A stretch of 64,000 bases of DNA, from the IMG/VR virus record IMGVR_UViG_3300024322_000001; one strand, written 5' to 3'. Made by a program: the position numbers and the translations under genes. This document shows positions 48,293-57,545 of this stretch, one piece after another; position 1 is the stretch's first letter; every line of letters begins with the position of its first letter. The DNA is from a virus. Its lineage: Duplodnaviria > Caudoviricetes. Under the pieces are notes generated by a model. That model was not told the DNA's origin, made no database searches, and saw only the letters and a program-made list of their open reading frames with translations.

Positions 48293-48664
48293 CTAATCGT
48301 TTTTCCACATACCTCTCTTAACTAACTGAGCAATAATTCCGTAGTTAGTAATATCCTGAAAGGTATCTATTATAGTTTCATTTTGAGCTTTTCGTCCAGA
48401 TATAATCATATTCTTCCATCGATTTATTTTATCTGATATTCTATACCAAAGCCCGGTCATGGCAAATTCTACCTCATCAGCTGTATCTAAATTAGTTCCT
48501 GCTGTTACATTATGCATTCCGTAATCTAAATGTTTCCTAGCAAAGAGTTCAAATTGCTCTTCTACAATTTCTCTATAACCATTATAGATTGTAGGATACT
48601 CATCTTTTAAAATTTCTCTTGCTGATGGAGGATTCTTAGCATTCATTATTTCTCTGTCGCTCAT
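48293..48664 (-). CDS. nucleotide-modification-associated domain 1 (Nmad1/DUF1599-like)
   Basis: F..KH.DYG, RI.DK..R, E...DT..DI.NY.II. Confidence 0.8.
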   Translation of the reverse strand: MSDREIMNAKNPPSAREILKDEYPTIYNGYREIVEEQFELFARKHLDYGMHNVTAGTNLDTADEVEFAMTGLWYRISDKINRWKNMIISGRKAQNETIIDTFQDITNYGIIAQLVKRGMWKND

Positions 48665-48909
48665 GTTGTAGATGTATTTTCAGTGATTAGATCCTTTGTA
48701 TAACTTGTAGAGAAGTATTTCTCTATTGTTGTTAATCTATCATCTGCGTCTACTAACATAGCAAGAGCTTCTTCAGCATTTTTATAGAAATCTAAAGTAG
48801 AATGATCTCCAATACCTACTGCTTTGTTGTTTAATAAATCTAAGGAAAGCAAAGCTTTTGCTTTATCTGCTTCAGCGGTCTTGCGAAGCATAGTAACTAA
48901 TTTACTCAT
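48661..48909 (-). CDS. conserved phage small protein
   Basis: L.N..VGIG.H motif; early promoter upstream. Confidence 0.75.
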   Translation of the reverse strand: MSKLVTMLRKTAEADKAKALLSLDLLNNKAVGIGDHSTLDFYKNAEEALAMLVDADDRLTTIEKYFSTSYTKDLITENTSTT

Positions 48910-48996
48910 ATGACTAATTTTATTATAACTTATTATTTATATAAAGATACGAAATATTATTTGATTAACCAACAGATACTATATGAAATTTATATC

Positions 48997-50142
48997 CTAG
49001 AGGTACCTTATAGTTAAATCATCTTTAGGAACTTTTTTTGTACTACCATCACTAAACAGCACCCTATGATTTGTTGGTCCTTTTTGTAATATACGAACTG
49101 GGTTTACTACGCCATCGTAGTGTTCACCTTCGTTGCCGTTTTGACCAATGATTTCCATCCTCTTCTCATCGTCTTCATTATATGAATCAAGCGGTTTTGG
49201 TTTTACTATTTCAGCATCTACTTCTATATCATTAATCGTATATTGAGAATCAGGTTCAACCTTATTATCATCATACGGAACATCATCCCAAAGGTCAGGT
49301 TCAATATCATCTTCATATTCATTATAAAGATTCTTTCTGTTTGCCTGATCGAATGCAAAGTTTGCTGCAACGACTAAAGATATAGCTAAAGGGTCAAATA
49401 CGAATATTATTATAAGTAAAAGAACATTTATAATTTTATCCATAGGGTAGCCTGTAAGTCCGGAAAGGTACTGAAGTGGGCCTAATTCTCCTGCTACTTC
49501 AAAATTATTATCTAATTCTAATATCTTTAATTGAAACTTCTGTAAGCTATCTGCTGCTACTGTCCTTTTAGCTTGAACAGCTTTCCTATTTTCTTCTTCA
49601 GATGCAATACGATTTTGTGCAAGTCTAAGCTCTGCAGTCGATATTGTGGTTCTAACGCCTCCAACCACCGAGGTGTCTCGTATCTGGATTTGTTGAGACC
49701 TAGCATTGGAAAGAGTGCTAATGTTATTAGAAATTCTTTCAAGTTCTTGATCGTACCTAAGAACATCTTTTTCATAGAAATTTTTCTTTTGTTCTAAAAA
49801 TGAAGTTTCATTTTCCTTAATAGTTAGTTGACGATAAGTATCTTGATAAGCAGCACTTAAAAATCCGTATATACCCATACTAGTAATAATTACTAATATT
49901 ACAGCAGCTACTGTAAGATACGTTCTGAGGTATTTATTTATGGTATCCCAATAGCGGTATAAGAGTGAAGCTATAACTAACTTTGCTACTTCTAATGATC
50001 CGGCCATAATTATAACCTCAAAAGAAGCACCAGCAAAAAGTTTGCTAAGACCGCTAACAGAATAGAAAGCGGCCGAAGCAGATACTGACAGGGCAGAAAT
50101 CGCTATTAAAGCTGGGAGTATATTCCTCTTAATACTTTTCAT
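48997..50142 (-). CDS. membrane coiled-coil protein
   Basis: 3 N-terminal TM (S..GL..LF.GA, LE.AKLV, TSMGIYGFLS), coiled coil, ELGPL.YL, IFVFDPLA. Confidence 0.8.
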   Translation of the reverse strand: MKSIKRNILPALIAISALSVSASAAFYSVSGLSKLFAGASFEVIIMAGSLEVAKLVIASLLYRYWDTINKYLRTYLTVAAVILVIITSMGIYGFLSAAYQDTYRQLTIKENETSFLEQKKNFYEKDVLRYDQELERISNNISTLSNARSQQIQIRDTSVVGGVRTTISTAELRLAQNRIASEEENRKAVQAKRTVAADSLQKFQLKILELDNNFEVAGELGPLQYLSGLTGYPMDKIINVLLLIIIFVFDPLAISLVVAANFAFDQANRKNLYNEYEDDIEPDLWDDVPYDDNKVEPDSQYTINDIEVDAEIVKPKPLDSYNEDDEKRMEIIGQNGNEGEHYDGVVNPVRILQKGPTNHRVLFSDGSTKKVPKDDLTIRYL

Positions 50143-50594
50143 TACTTTATAATTAGTATACCTATTGCTGCTGCACCTATATATGTACCTATTTTATAAA
50201 GCTTTGTTTTATTTTTTTGCTTTCTAAGTGCTGTTTCTAACTCTAAGGAAAGTTCTTCTTGTTTATTAAATTTAGATTTCTCTTGTATTAATAAGCTATC
50301 GTAGTTAGCTATTTGTAATTCTAAATTTGTAACTAAAGTTGTTTGAGTAGTTAGTTTGTTATTAGTTTCCGATAACAGATTCTGTACAGTCTTAAGTTCA
50401 GTACTAAGTCCGTCTCCTTTAATTAAATCCTTTATTACTAATCTCGCTACAGGCTTAGTTAATTGTATCTTTGTGCTGTCCTTTGATTTCGAGGTATCGC
50501 TCTGCGAAAAAACGCTCAAGTTCATCATCACCAAAGCTATCAACAGCATCAATTTTCTGTTTAGTCTCATATTGTATGTAGTCAATTTTAGCAT
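50142..50594 (-). CDS. spanin-like partner (signal peptide, coiled coil, C-terminal hydrophobic tail)
   Basis: overlaps the 3' end of the 50455 ORF in another frame; next to the endolysin. Confidence 0.5.
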   Translation of the reverse strand: MLKLTTYNMRLNRKLMLLIALVMMNLSVFSQSDTSKSKDSTKIQLTKPVARLVIKDLIKGDGLSTELKTVQNLLSETNNKLTTQTTLVTNLELQIANYDSLLIQEKSKFNKQEELSLELETALRKQKNKTKLYKIGTYIGAAAIGILIIK

Positions 50595-50829
50595 TTAAGT
50601 TATCAATTTTAACATCGTACTCAGATAGTTTTGTATTAAGTGAATCAGCTTCTACTTTTAAAGTATTATTCTGACTACTGATAGAATCTATCTTCTGTTG
50701 CAAAAGGTTGATTTCTGTTTTATAGGAATCTATATCAACAGATATATCTCCTTTTCCAAAAATAACGTAACCTACTCCAAGTCCTAAAATAGCCCAAAAC
50801 AGGTACGTTTGTAAGTGCTTCGTCTTCAT
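50455..50829 (-). CDS. i-spanin-like protein
   Basis: N-terminal TM plus long coiled coil, downstream of the endolysin. Confidence 0.55.
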   Translation of the reverse strand: MKTKHLQTYLFWAILGLGVGYVIFGKGDISVDIDSYKTEINLLQQKIDSISSQNNTLKVEADSLNTKLSEYDVKIDNLNAKIDYIQYETKQKIDAVDSFGDDELERFFAERYLEIKGQHKDTIN

Positions 50830-50856
50830 ATAACTAATATAAGAAAAAAAAAGTTC

Positions 50857-51468
50857 TTAGGCAACTATATCGTCACTTTCTAATAAAGTGTATGTAAATG
50901 AGTTACCCCAAACTTCTCTTGCTGTTTGACAAATATCTAAAAATTGATGCCAATCATCATTGTCTGCTATTACTTGGCAACCTGCAGACCATTTGTCTAC
51001 TCTTATTGATTTACCGCCTGATCTTCCTGTAGCTCTATGAATATTAATTCCAAATAATCCTTCATCTACATTTTCTTCTAATAGATCATATTTTCCATCT
51101 CTATTATTATCTCTGTAAACTTTGACTAATTCTTTTTGCCCTAAAGCTAAATATTTACCAGCATGTAATCTTAATTTATGAGAACCTCTATATTGACCAG
51201 GTTTTAATATTGCTACTCCTTTTTCATTCATTAAGTTTTGCTCCCAATGTGAACCGGGATCTGTGGTAGCTTGATAGCAGTGAAATTTCCATTCACCATC
51301 CTCTTTGTAAGAAATAGTAATACAATCATCAAAAGCATTAGTTACTCTGCCTTTAGTTTTTGAATTTCTAACTCCAATAATGTTTACGTCCCAATCGCCT
51401 CCAGTAAAGTACTTATATCCTTTACTTTCCATAGCGGTTTGGATCTGTTCTCTAGTATAACAACTCAT
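50857..51468 (-). CDS. putative endolysin with L,D-transpeptidase-like catalytic motif
   Basis: TTDPG, GINIHRA-x13-WSAGCQV (H...S.GC); downstream of a holin-like gene. Confidence 0.7.
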   Translation of the reverse strand: MSCYTREQIQTAMESKGYKYFTGGDWDVNIIGVRNSKTKGRVTNAFDDCITISYKEDGEWKFHCYQATTDPGSHWEQNLMNEKGVAILKPGQYRGSHKLRLHAGKYLALGQKELVKVYRDNNRDGKYDLLEENVDEGLFGINIHRATGRSGGKSIRVDKWSAGCQVIADNDDWHQFLDICQTAREVWGNSFTYTLLESDDIVA

Positions 51469-51491
51469 ATATTTTTACTTTTAATCTTTTT

Positions 51492-51755
51492 TTATTTTCT
51501 GTTGCCGAATATTTTTCCAACTTCAGCTATACCAAATGAACCTAATACCACTAAAACAAAAGAGTCGTATATAAATTCATTAATAACTAAATCTTTGCCG
51601 AAATATCCAGTTGCTAAATCTACGAATGCAAATAATATCATTACAATAAAAGCAATAAAACCAACTACTGTTTTTTCATTGATATTATTATCATCATCAA
51701 ATAAGTTCTTTAAAGCCATCCAATTACGTTTTATAAAATTAAACATAGATAACAA
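51492..51755 (-). CDS. holin-like 2-TM protein
   Basis: two TM helices, basic C-terminus, late motif 51779-51786. Confidence 0.65.
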   Translation of the reverse strand: MLSMFNFIKRNWMALKNLFDDDNNINEKTVVGFIAFIVMILFAFVDLATGYFGKDLVINEFIYDSFVLVVLGSFGIAEVGKIFGNRK

Positions 51756-51789
51756 TTTTTAGTGAAACAATTCTTTTATATAAATAGCT

Positions 51790-52119
51790 CTAAAAAGCAC
51801 TCATGATAAGTTCGTCAATATAATCCTGAAGTTCTTCTCTGGTTGCCTCCATTTTAAAGCTAATATCTGCTTGGTATCTTTCGACTTCTTCTCCATCTTG
51901 GAAGATAATAATGGTAGGGACTACAACTACTTTAAATTCTTGAGCTTTTTTAGGATCAGCTCCAATATCAAATTTATCTATTTCACAATCTGATAGTTTT
52001 TCTACCCATGTTACTTCATTGGCAGCATTCCAACCTGCGTTAAAATACTTAACTTCTATTTGACTATATAAAGTCATAGTAGAAAATAGTAACATAGGTA
52101 ATATTAATAACTTTTTCAT
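51790..52119 (-). CDS. exported thioredoxin-fold protein lacking CxxC
   Basis: signal peptide ending YS-Q; FNAGWNAAN at the WCxxC position; VVPTIIIF.DG.E..R. Confidence 0.8.
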   Translation of the reverse strand: MKKLLILPMLLFSTMTLYSQIEVKYFNAGWNAANEVTWVEKLSDCEIDKFDIGADPKKAQEFKVVVVPTIIIFQDGEEVERYQADISFKMEATREELQDYIDELIMSAF

Positions 52120-52126
52120 AATAAGT

Positions 52127-52411
52127 TTATCTTAGTTTATCAATCTTCTCTTCCATCCGAATCATTCTATCCTTTAATTCTTTAACATCATCTTGAGTAG
52201 TCATGATTGTTTGACGTATTAATTGATCTTTCATGTCGTATTCCATTCTAGTAACATCTGGTGGTGGTGCTATAGGAAGTTCTTTTGCCTCTTCAATATC
52301 TGCTTGAAGTGCAAACCACATACCTACTACTGTAGCTATACCGAATGCAATACCTATTAATGTCTGTATACTTATTTGAAAACTAGTGTTTTCGCTTAAC
52401 TCTTTTGCCAT
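52127..52411 (-). CDS. single-TM coiled-coil protein
   Basis: TM at aa 14-34, PPP linker, heptad tail. Confidence 0.75.
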   Translation of the reverse strand: MAKELSENTSFQISIQTLIGIAFGIATVVGMWFALQADIEEAKELPIAPPPDVTRMEYDMKDQLIRQTIMTTQDDVKELKDRMIRMEEKIDKLR

Positions 52412-52413
52412 TT

Positions 52414-53475
52414 TTAAAAAATTATATAATTAACTCCCATTGAAAAATTATGCCAATTTCTATTCCAATATTGATTATATGTTCCTTCTGCAAATAACCC
52501 TAATGATTTGGTTAATTTATATCCAAATATTAATCCTCCGGAATAATCGGTCCATTGACCTCCATTAAAATTATGATACGAAAATTCATCTGCCCCTTTT
52601 ATATGTATAGGCATTACATTACCCCAAGCATGTAGCCAGAAGTTTTTAGTGTACTTATAATAATCGAAACCAAATATGGCAGAATATTCTAATCTTAAAG
52701 GAGCTTGGTCTTCTTTTTTCTCTACGTAATCAACTAATACTTGTGGAATAATTACTTCTTCCCATACTTCAGTACTTGTTGCTACTACTGCACCTTGGGG
52801 GTTAAGGTATTCTATATCTCCCCCTCCATTAAAGTTTACATTGTAACCTTCTTGTAAAGCTAAATAAGTATAATGTAAGTTACCGTTACTTAACATCCAT
52901 TCCTGTAAAGGATCATATCCATATGGTTTAGATAGTCTTTGTGCAATACCTACGTTAATAGAAAATTCTTTAGTTATATTATGCTTATATCTTTGAGAAG
53001 CTTGAAAATATTCTATATCAATAAAGCCTCCTACAAGGTACTCTACTTTAGCTACCCAATCATCAGCTACATATCTTAAAAAGTGATGCTGGTCTAAATA
53101 TGTTTCTCCTTGTATTCTTCTATAATCAGCTTCAAATAAGAATTCAAATCCTTTTATTTTACCTAATGTTGCGTTATCTGAATAGGATTCTTCTGTACCG
53201 TTATAAAATACATTAGCTCTATTTTCATATTGAAATCTAGCTATTTTTCTTATACCTAAAGAAAGTGAATAATCAAATGGAGTCTCAACAACATCTTGGA
53301 TTAGTGTACCGGTATTAACTGAAAATTGATTCTTGTCTGCTAAAGATGTTCCTCCATTCACAGCAGCAAATATTGTAGCAAACTTAAAAGTTTTCTTTAG
53401 ATCTTTTTTAAACTTAGATTCTTGACTAAAACCTAAAAGTGGGATTACTAAAAATAGTATTAATAATTTCTTCAT
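52414..53475 (-). CDS. putative outer-membrane beta-barrel protein
   Basis: signal peptide ending FS-Q, alternating aromatic beta strands, C-terminal GVNYIIF beta-signal. Confidence 0.75.
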   Translation of the reverse strand: MKKLLILFLVIPLLGFSQESKFKKDLKKTFKFATIFAAVNGGTSLADKNQFSVNTGTLIQDVVETPFDYSLSLGIRKIARFQYENRANVFYNGTEESYSDNATLGKIKGFEFLFEADYRRIQGETYLDQHHFLRYVADDWVAKVEYLVGGFIDIEYFQASQRYKHNITKEFSINVGIAQRLSKPYGYDPLQEWMLSNGNLHYTYLALQEGYNVNFNGGGDIEYLNPQGAVVATSTEVWEEVIIPQVLVDYVEKKEDQAPLRLEYSAIFGFDYYKYTKNFWLHAWGNVMPIHIKGADEFSYHNFNGGQWTDYSGGLIFGYKLTKSLGLFAEGTYNQYWNRNWHNFSMGVNYIIF

Positions 53476-53476
53476 T

Positions 53477-56400
53477 TTATTCTATAATTATTCTTTTATT
53501 AAATAACTTACCTTCGTGACTAATTGTTAAGAAGTATACTCCTGATTCTACGTTAGATAAATCTACTTGTTTTTTATCTGAAGATTGAATTATAATCTTA
53601 CCTAATAAATCACGTACTGAGTAAGTAATGTCTAGATTAGTTGCGATATTAATTATACCGTCTGTAGGGTTTGGATAAACAATTATACTTACATTATCTA
53701 ATCCTCTAGAGAACATACCGTCTATATCCATTCCTTCTGGCCATCCGTTTTCACAGTAATTGTAAGTTTCCTGACAAATTGGATCCCATTCATTTTCACA
53801 GCAATAATTATCTACGTCAATTACCCAAGCATAACATTGGTTATTTAACCAATATGGTTCACCTGGTCCTGTTATACAACCTGCATCATATAAACAAGCA
53901 TCAGGATCAGCTACATTAGCTTCTGGGTTATAGTTATAAGATTCAGGATCCATACATCCTACTACTGCTGTAATACATGTACCGTTATCTACATTAGCTT
54001 CAGGATCAAAATTAATTGAGTTAGGGTCCATACAGCCGTATACTTTTTCTATACAACTAAAGTCTTCTGTATTAGCATCTGGATTATAATTTAGTGCATC
54101 TGGATCTGTACAACCCTCTACAATTGGAATACAGCTACCGTCGTCAACAGTTGCTAGTGCATTGTAGTTAAATGAGTTAGGATCCATACAACCATATAAA
54201 AGAGGGATACAGCTACCATCATCGGTATTAGCATCTGGATTATAATTTAATGCTGTGTTATCTGTACAGCCTAATACTACTGGGATACAAGATCCATCAT
54301 CAACAGTTGCTAAAGCATTATAGTTAAATGAATCTGGGTCCATACACCCATATAGAATTGGGATACAACTACCGTCATCAGTATTCGCATCTGGGTTGTA
54401 ATTTAATGAAGTATTGTCTGTACATCCTTCTACTACAGGAATACAAGAACCATCGTCTACGGTTGCAAGTGGATTGTAGTTAAATGAAGTTTCATCCATA
54501 CATCCATAAAGAATAGGAATACAAGAACCATCATCTGTATTTGCATCTGGATTGTAATTTAATGAAGTATTATCTGTACAACCTAATATTACAGGTACAC
54601 AAGAACCATCATCTGTGTTAGCTAATGGATTATAATTAAATGCATCTGGGTCTGTACAGCCAGCTAAGATAGGAATACATGAACCGTCTTCTGTGTTAGC
54701 ATTAGGATCATAGTTTAATGCTGTATTATCTGTACATCCGTATATAATAGGTACACAAGTCCCATTATCCGTATTAGCATCTGGATTATAGTTAAATGCA
54801 TCTGGATCTGTACAGCCAAAGACTACTGGTTCACAAGTTCCATTGTCTGTATTAGCATCTGGATTATAGTTAAATGAATCTGGGTCCATACAACCATATA
54901 TTATAGGTACGCAGCTTCCATCATCTACATTTGCATTAGGATCGTAATTAAATGAATCTGGATCCATACATCCTTCTACTATCGGAATACAACTTCCATC
55001 ATCTGTATTAGCATCTGGGTTATAATTAATTGAATTTTCATCCATACATCCCTCTACAACTGCAATACATGAACCATCATCTACATTAGCATTCTCATTA
55101 TAATTGAATGAAGTTTCATCCATACAACCTTCTATAACTGGGATACAATCACCTTCTGTGTTAGCATCTGGATTATAGTTAAATGAATCTGGGTCCATAC
55201 ATCCTACTACTACTTCAACACAAGAGCCATCATCTACTGTAGCATCTGGATTGTAGTTAAATGCTAATGGGTTCATACATCCTTCTACTATAGGGATACA
55301 AGAACCATCGTCAGTATTTACATCAACTAAAGGATCTCCAGTTAATTCTATATAATTTAATGAATTTTCATCCATACACCCTTCTATAATTGGAATACAA
55401 GTATCTCCAAAAGTTGGAGTAGTGGCTTCTAATACGAAAGGATATGGTATTGCTTGCCAATATCCTACATCTATAATTTTATCTCCTAAAGGACCTGTTA
55501 GAGTGTACCCTATTTGAGCTAATGTTTGATTAGAATTAGGAGTAGTAAATAAGAAAGCTTCAATAGGTTCATAAATGTTCAACTGTACTTCAAAAGAAAT
55601 ACTCTCACCATCGTTAGCACCTATTTGATATTGAGGAGATACCCAATTACCTTGAGTTAAACCTAACCAAGTACCGTTCCAACCATCCGAAGCTCCATCA
55701 AATATCTCTAATGTATATGTACCTTGCATTACTTCACTAGTATTAGCATCTGGGTTGTAGTTGAATGCATCTTGATCAGTACATCCTTCTATTCTAGGAG
55801 GACCACAACTTCCATCATCTACTGTAGCTAGTGGGTTATAGGTTGTTGAAAATGGATTCATACAGCCTTCTACTTCACTTTCACTTTCACAAGTAACAGG
55901 AGTAAATTGAGGGGTAGTAACTAAATAACCAAAATTTGAATTAGGGAAATTTTCTGATAAATCATATAAAATAGTTCCATCACAGGCTATAACTTGTATA
56001 TTTCCATCTACAGTTCCTCCAGATGTAGTACCAGCTAAACCATCTCCATAACTATCTTCAATAACTAAGTCTAATGTGCTATTTTGATCAACACATACAT
56101 AAGTAGTAAGAGGTACTCCAGGAGGAGCTGAGTTATATGAACCTTGAGGTGCACTTGCATAAGTAACATCTACTCCGTTATTATCTCCATATAAAATCCA
56201 ACTAGATTCTCCCGGCCAGTTATCTCCGGTATAAACTATTTGCAATAAAGTCTGCCCTTCTTCACATTGTGGTATTACTGAACAAGAACCATCATCTATA
56301 GTAGCCCAGGGGTTGTAATTTTGCGATGTTGGGTCCATACATCCTAAAACTGCTCCACAGGGTAAACATGATTCCCAACAAACCAGAGGAAGAGAAATAC

Positions 56401-57196
56401 TGTCCCCAATAGTAACATCTAAAATTCTATTTATAAAACCATTTCCATCAGGTATAAAACATGCTGAAGTTTCTGTCACACCCGCTGGTAATTCTGAGTC
56501 TGCCCAGTTATCTAACATAAATTTCCATAAATAAGTACCTTCGGGAAGTTCTATTCCTAATTCCCATATACCATCACCATCTTCATCTTCCATTGGATAT
56601 TGATCAGTCCAATTACTAAATTCTCCCGTTACATAAGGCTGGGTATATTCATCAGGATATTCATTCATATCCAATTTAAATTCAACTAGAGTTGTTTCTT
56701 CTTCACATGGTGCATTACCACATACATTAACACAATGGGTTAATTTATATTCTCCTGAAGGATTTACATAAGTGCCATTTGCTATTAATTCTTCGGGTAC
56801 TGTTACTTTTCTTAAACTATTAGGTCCTCCTGGAGCACCTCCTGTAGCTACATCAAATAAACAGTCAGATGCATCAGGACCTCCTTCCCATCCTGTCCAG
56901 GGTAGTCCATTATCACCAAAAGATGTTATCTTAAATCTATAAAATACCTCTACATTTTCATCTGTTGGGTGTCCTATATTAATATTTTTTCTGTAAATTC
57001 CGTTTCCTCCAACATCTTCCATTGGTATATCAGTCCATCCAGTAACGCTAGTTTGAATATAAACTTGCATTTGATCTGGGTTAGGAGTATTAGCTATAAT
57101 TTCATTAACATCTAATCTAAAGGTTACGGGTGCTGTTTCTTGGGCTATGCTTAAAAAAGGGAATACTAGACATAACCAGAATAGTAATTTTTTCAT
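53477..57196 (-). CDS. T9SS-cargo protein: two CBM/E-set-like domains, 22 Cys-rich repeats, type A CTD
   Basis: signal peptide ending IA-Q; YVTGEFSNW..MED.DGDGIW......GTY.WKF; GC[M/T]D..A.NYNP.A..DDGSC repeats; C-terminal VYPNPT...SGVYFL.I....KRIIIE. Confidence 0.9.
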   Translation of the reverse strand: MKKLLFWLCLVFPFLSIAQETAPVTFRLDVNEIIANTPNPDQMQVYIQTSVTGWTDIPMEDVGGNGIYRKNINIGHPTDENVEVFYRFKITSFGDNGLPWTGWEGGPDASDCLFDVATGGAPGGPNSLRKVTVPEELIANGTYVNPSGEYKLTHCVNVCGNAPCEEETTLVEFKLDMNEYPDEYTQPYVTGEFSNWTDQYPMEDEDGDGIWELGIELPEGTYLWKFMLDNWADSELPAGVTETSACFIPDGNGFINRILDVTIGDSISLPLVCWESCLPCGAVLGCMDPTSQNYNPWATIDDGSCSVIPQCEEGQTLLQIVYTGDNWPGESSWILYGDNNGVDVTYASAPQGSYNSAPPGVPLTTYVCVDQNSTLDLVIEDSYGDGLAGTTSGGTVDGNIQVIACDGTILYDLSENFPNSNFGYLVTTPQFTPVTCESESEVEGCMNPFSTTYNPLATVDDGSCGPPRIEGCTDQDAFNYNPDANTSEVMQGTYTLEIFDGASDGWNGTWLGLTQGNWVSPQYQIGANDGESISFEVQLNIYEPIEAFLFTTPNSNQTLAQIGYTLTGPLGDKIIDVGYWQAIPYPFVLEATTPTFGDTCIPIIEGCMDENSLNYIELTGDPLVDVNTDDGSCIPIVEGCMNPLAFNYNPDATVDDGSCVEVVVGCMDPDSFNYNPDANTEGDCIPVIEGCMDETSFNYNENANVDDGSCIAVVEGCMDENSINYNPDANTDDGSCIPIVEGCMDPDSFNYDPNANVDDGSCVPIIYGCMDPDSFNYNPDANTDNGTCEPVVFGCTDPDAFNYNPDANTDNGTCVPIIYGCTDNTALNYDPNANTEDGSCIPILAGCTDPDAFNYNPLANTDDGSCVPVILGCTDNTSLNYNPDANTDDGSCIPILYGCMDETSFNYNPLATVDDGSCIPVVEGCTDNTSLNYNPDANTDDGSCIPILYGCMDPDSFNYNALATVDDGSCIPVVLGCTDNTALNYNPDANTDDGSCIPLLYGCMDPNSFNYNALATVDDGSCIPIVEGCTDPDALNYNPDANTEDFSCIEKVYGCMDPNSINFDPEANVDNGTCITAVVGCMDPESYNYNPEANVADPDACLYDAGCITGPGEPYWLNNQCYAWVIDVDNYCCENEWDPICQETYNYCENGWPEGMDIDGMFSRGLDNVSIIVYPNPTDGIINIATNLDITYSVRDLLGKIIIQSSDKKQVDLSNVESGVYFLTISHEGKLFNKRIIIE
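53894..55381 (-). repeat. intragenic tandem array of 19 units of about 78 bp (26 aa)
   Basis: counted from the translation; alternating GCTD/GCMD 156-bp higher-order units in part of the array. Confidence 0.9.
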
Positions 57197-57232
57197 TATA
57201 AATTTTATTGTTTAGCTTATTATAATCTTTAT

Positions 57233-57240
57233 AATAAATA
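57233..57240 (-). promoter_or_regulatory. late-type promoter motif TATTTAT[A/T]; representative of about 15 copies
   Basis: also 7729, 10837, 14756, 23755, 24994, 31766, 33773, 42252, 47308, 51779, 57608, 58373, 62678 (minus) and 59307 (plus, before the + gene); all within about 80 bp upstream of a start codon. Confidence 0.7.
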
Positions 57241-57264
57241 GTTAATTTTAGGTAAACATACAAT

Positions 57265-57292
57265 AAAAAAAAAGGGGCCAAAAAAGGCCCCT
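57265..57292 (-). terminator. intrinsic terminator
   Basis: AGGGGCC/GGCCCCT stem followed by T-run on the minus strand. Confidence 0.9.
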
Positions 57293-57308
57293 CTTTCTAC
57301 TTAATTAT

Positions 57309-57545
57309 TTACCCTTTCTTCTTCAAGATATGGTAAAGGACAAAGGCACCCACTAATCCGAGTAAACCTTCAGCGCTCAATGAGCCCAAAATCGCCATTA
57401 TATTATCAACTACTGATATTTCTGGCCAGAATGGTATAGCAACACCTTTGAATAGTACTTCGAATACTACCCCTAAGGCAATTAAAGATACACCTACTTC
57501 TGTGATTTTGTTGACCCAAGAGCCAACTTTGTTTAATAAATCCAT
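57309..57545 (-). CDS. small 2-TM membrane protein (start revised to MDLLNK)
   Basis: own late motif (57608) and terminators on both sides. Confidence 0.75.
   Translation of the reverse strand: MDLLNKVGSWVNKITEVGVSLIALGVVFEVLFKGVAIPFWPEISVVDNIMAILGSLSAEGLLGLVGAFVLYHILKKKG

Noticed and set aside
53894-55381. CRISPR array or DGR repeat
   Set aside because: Units are in-frame 78-bp coding repeats varying mainly at synonymous sites; there are no unique spacers, cas operon or reverse transcriptase
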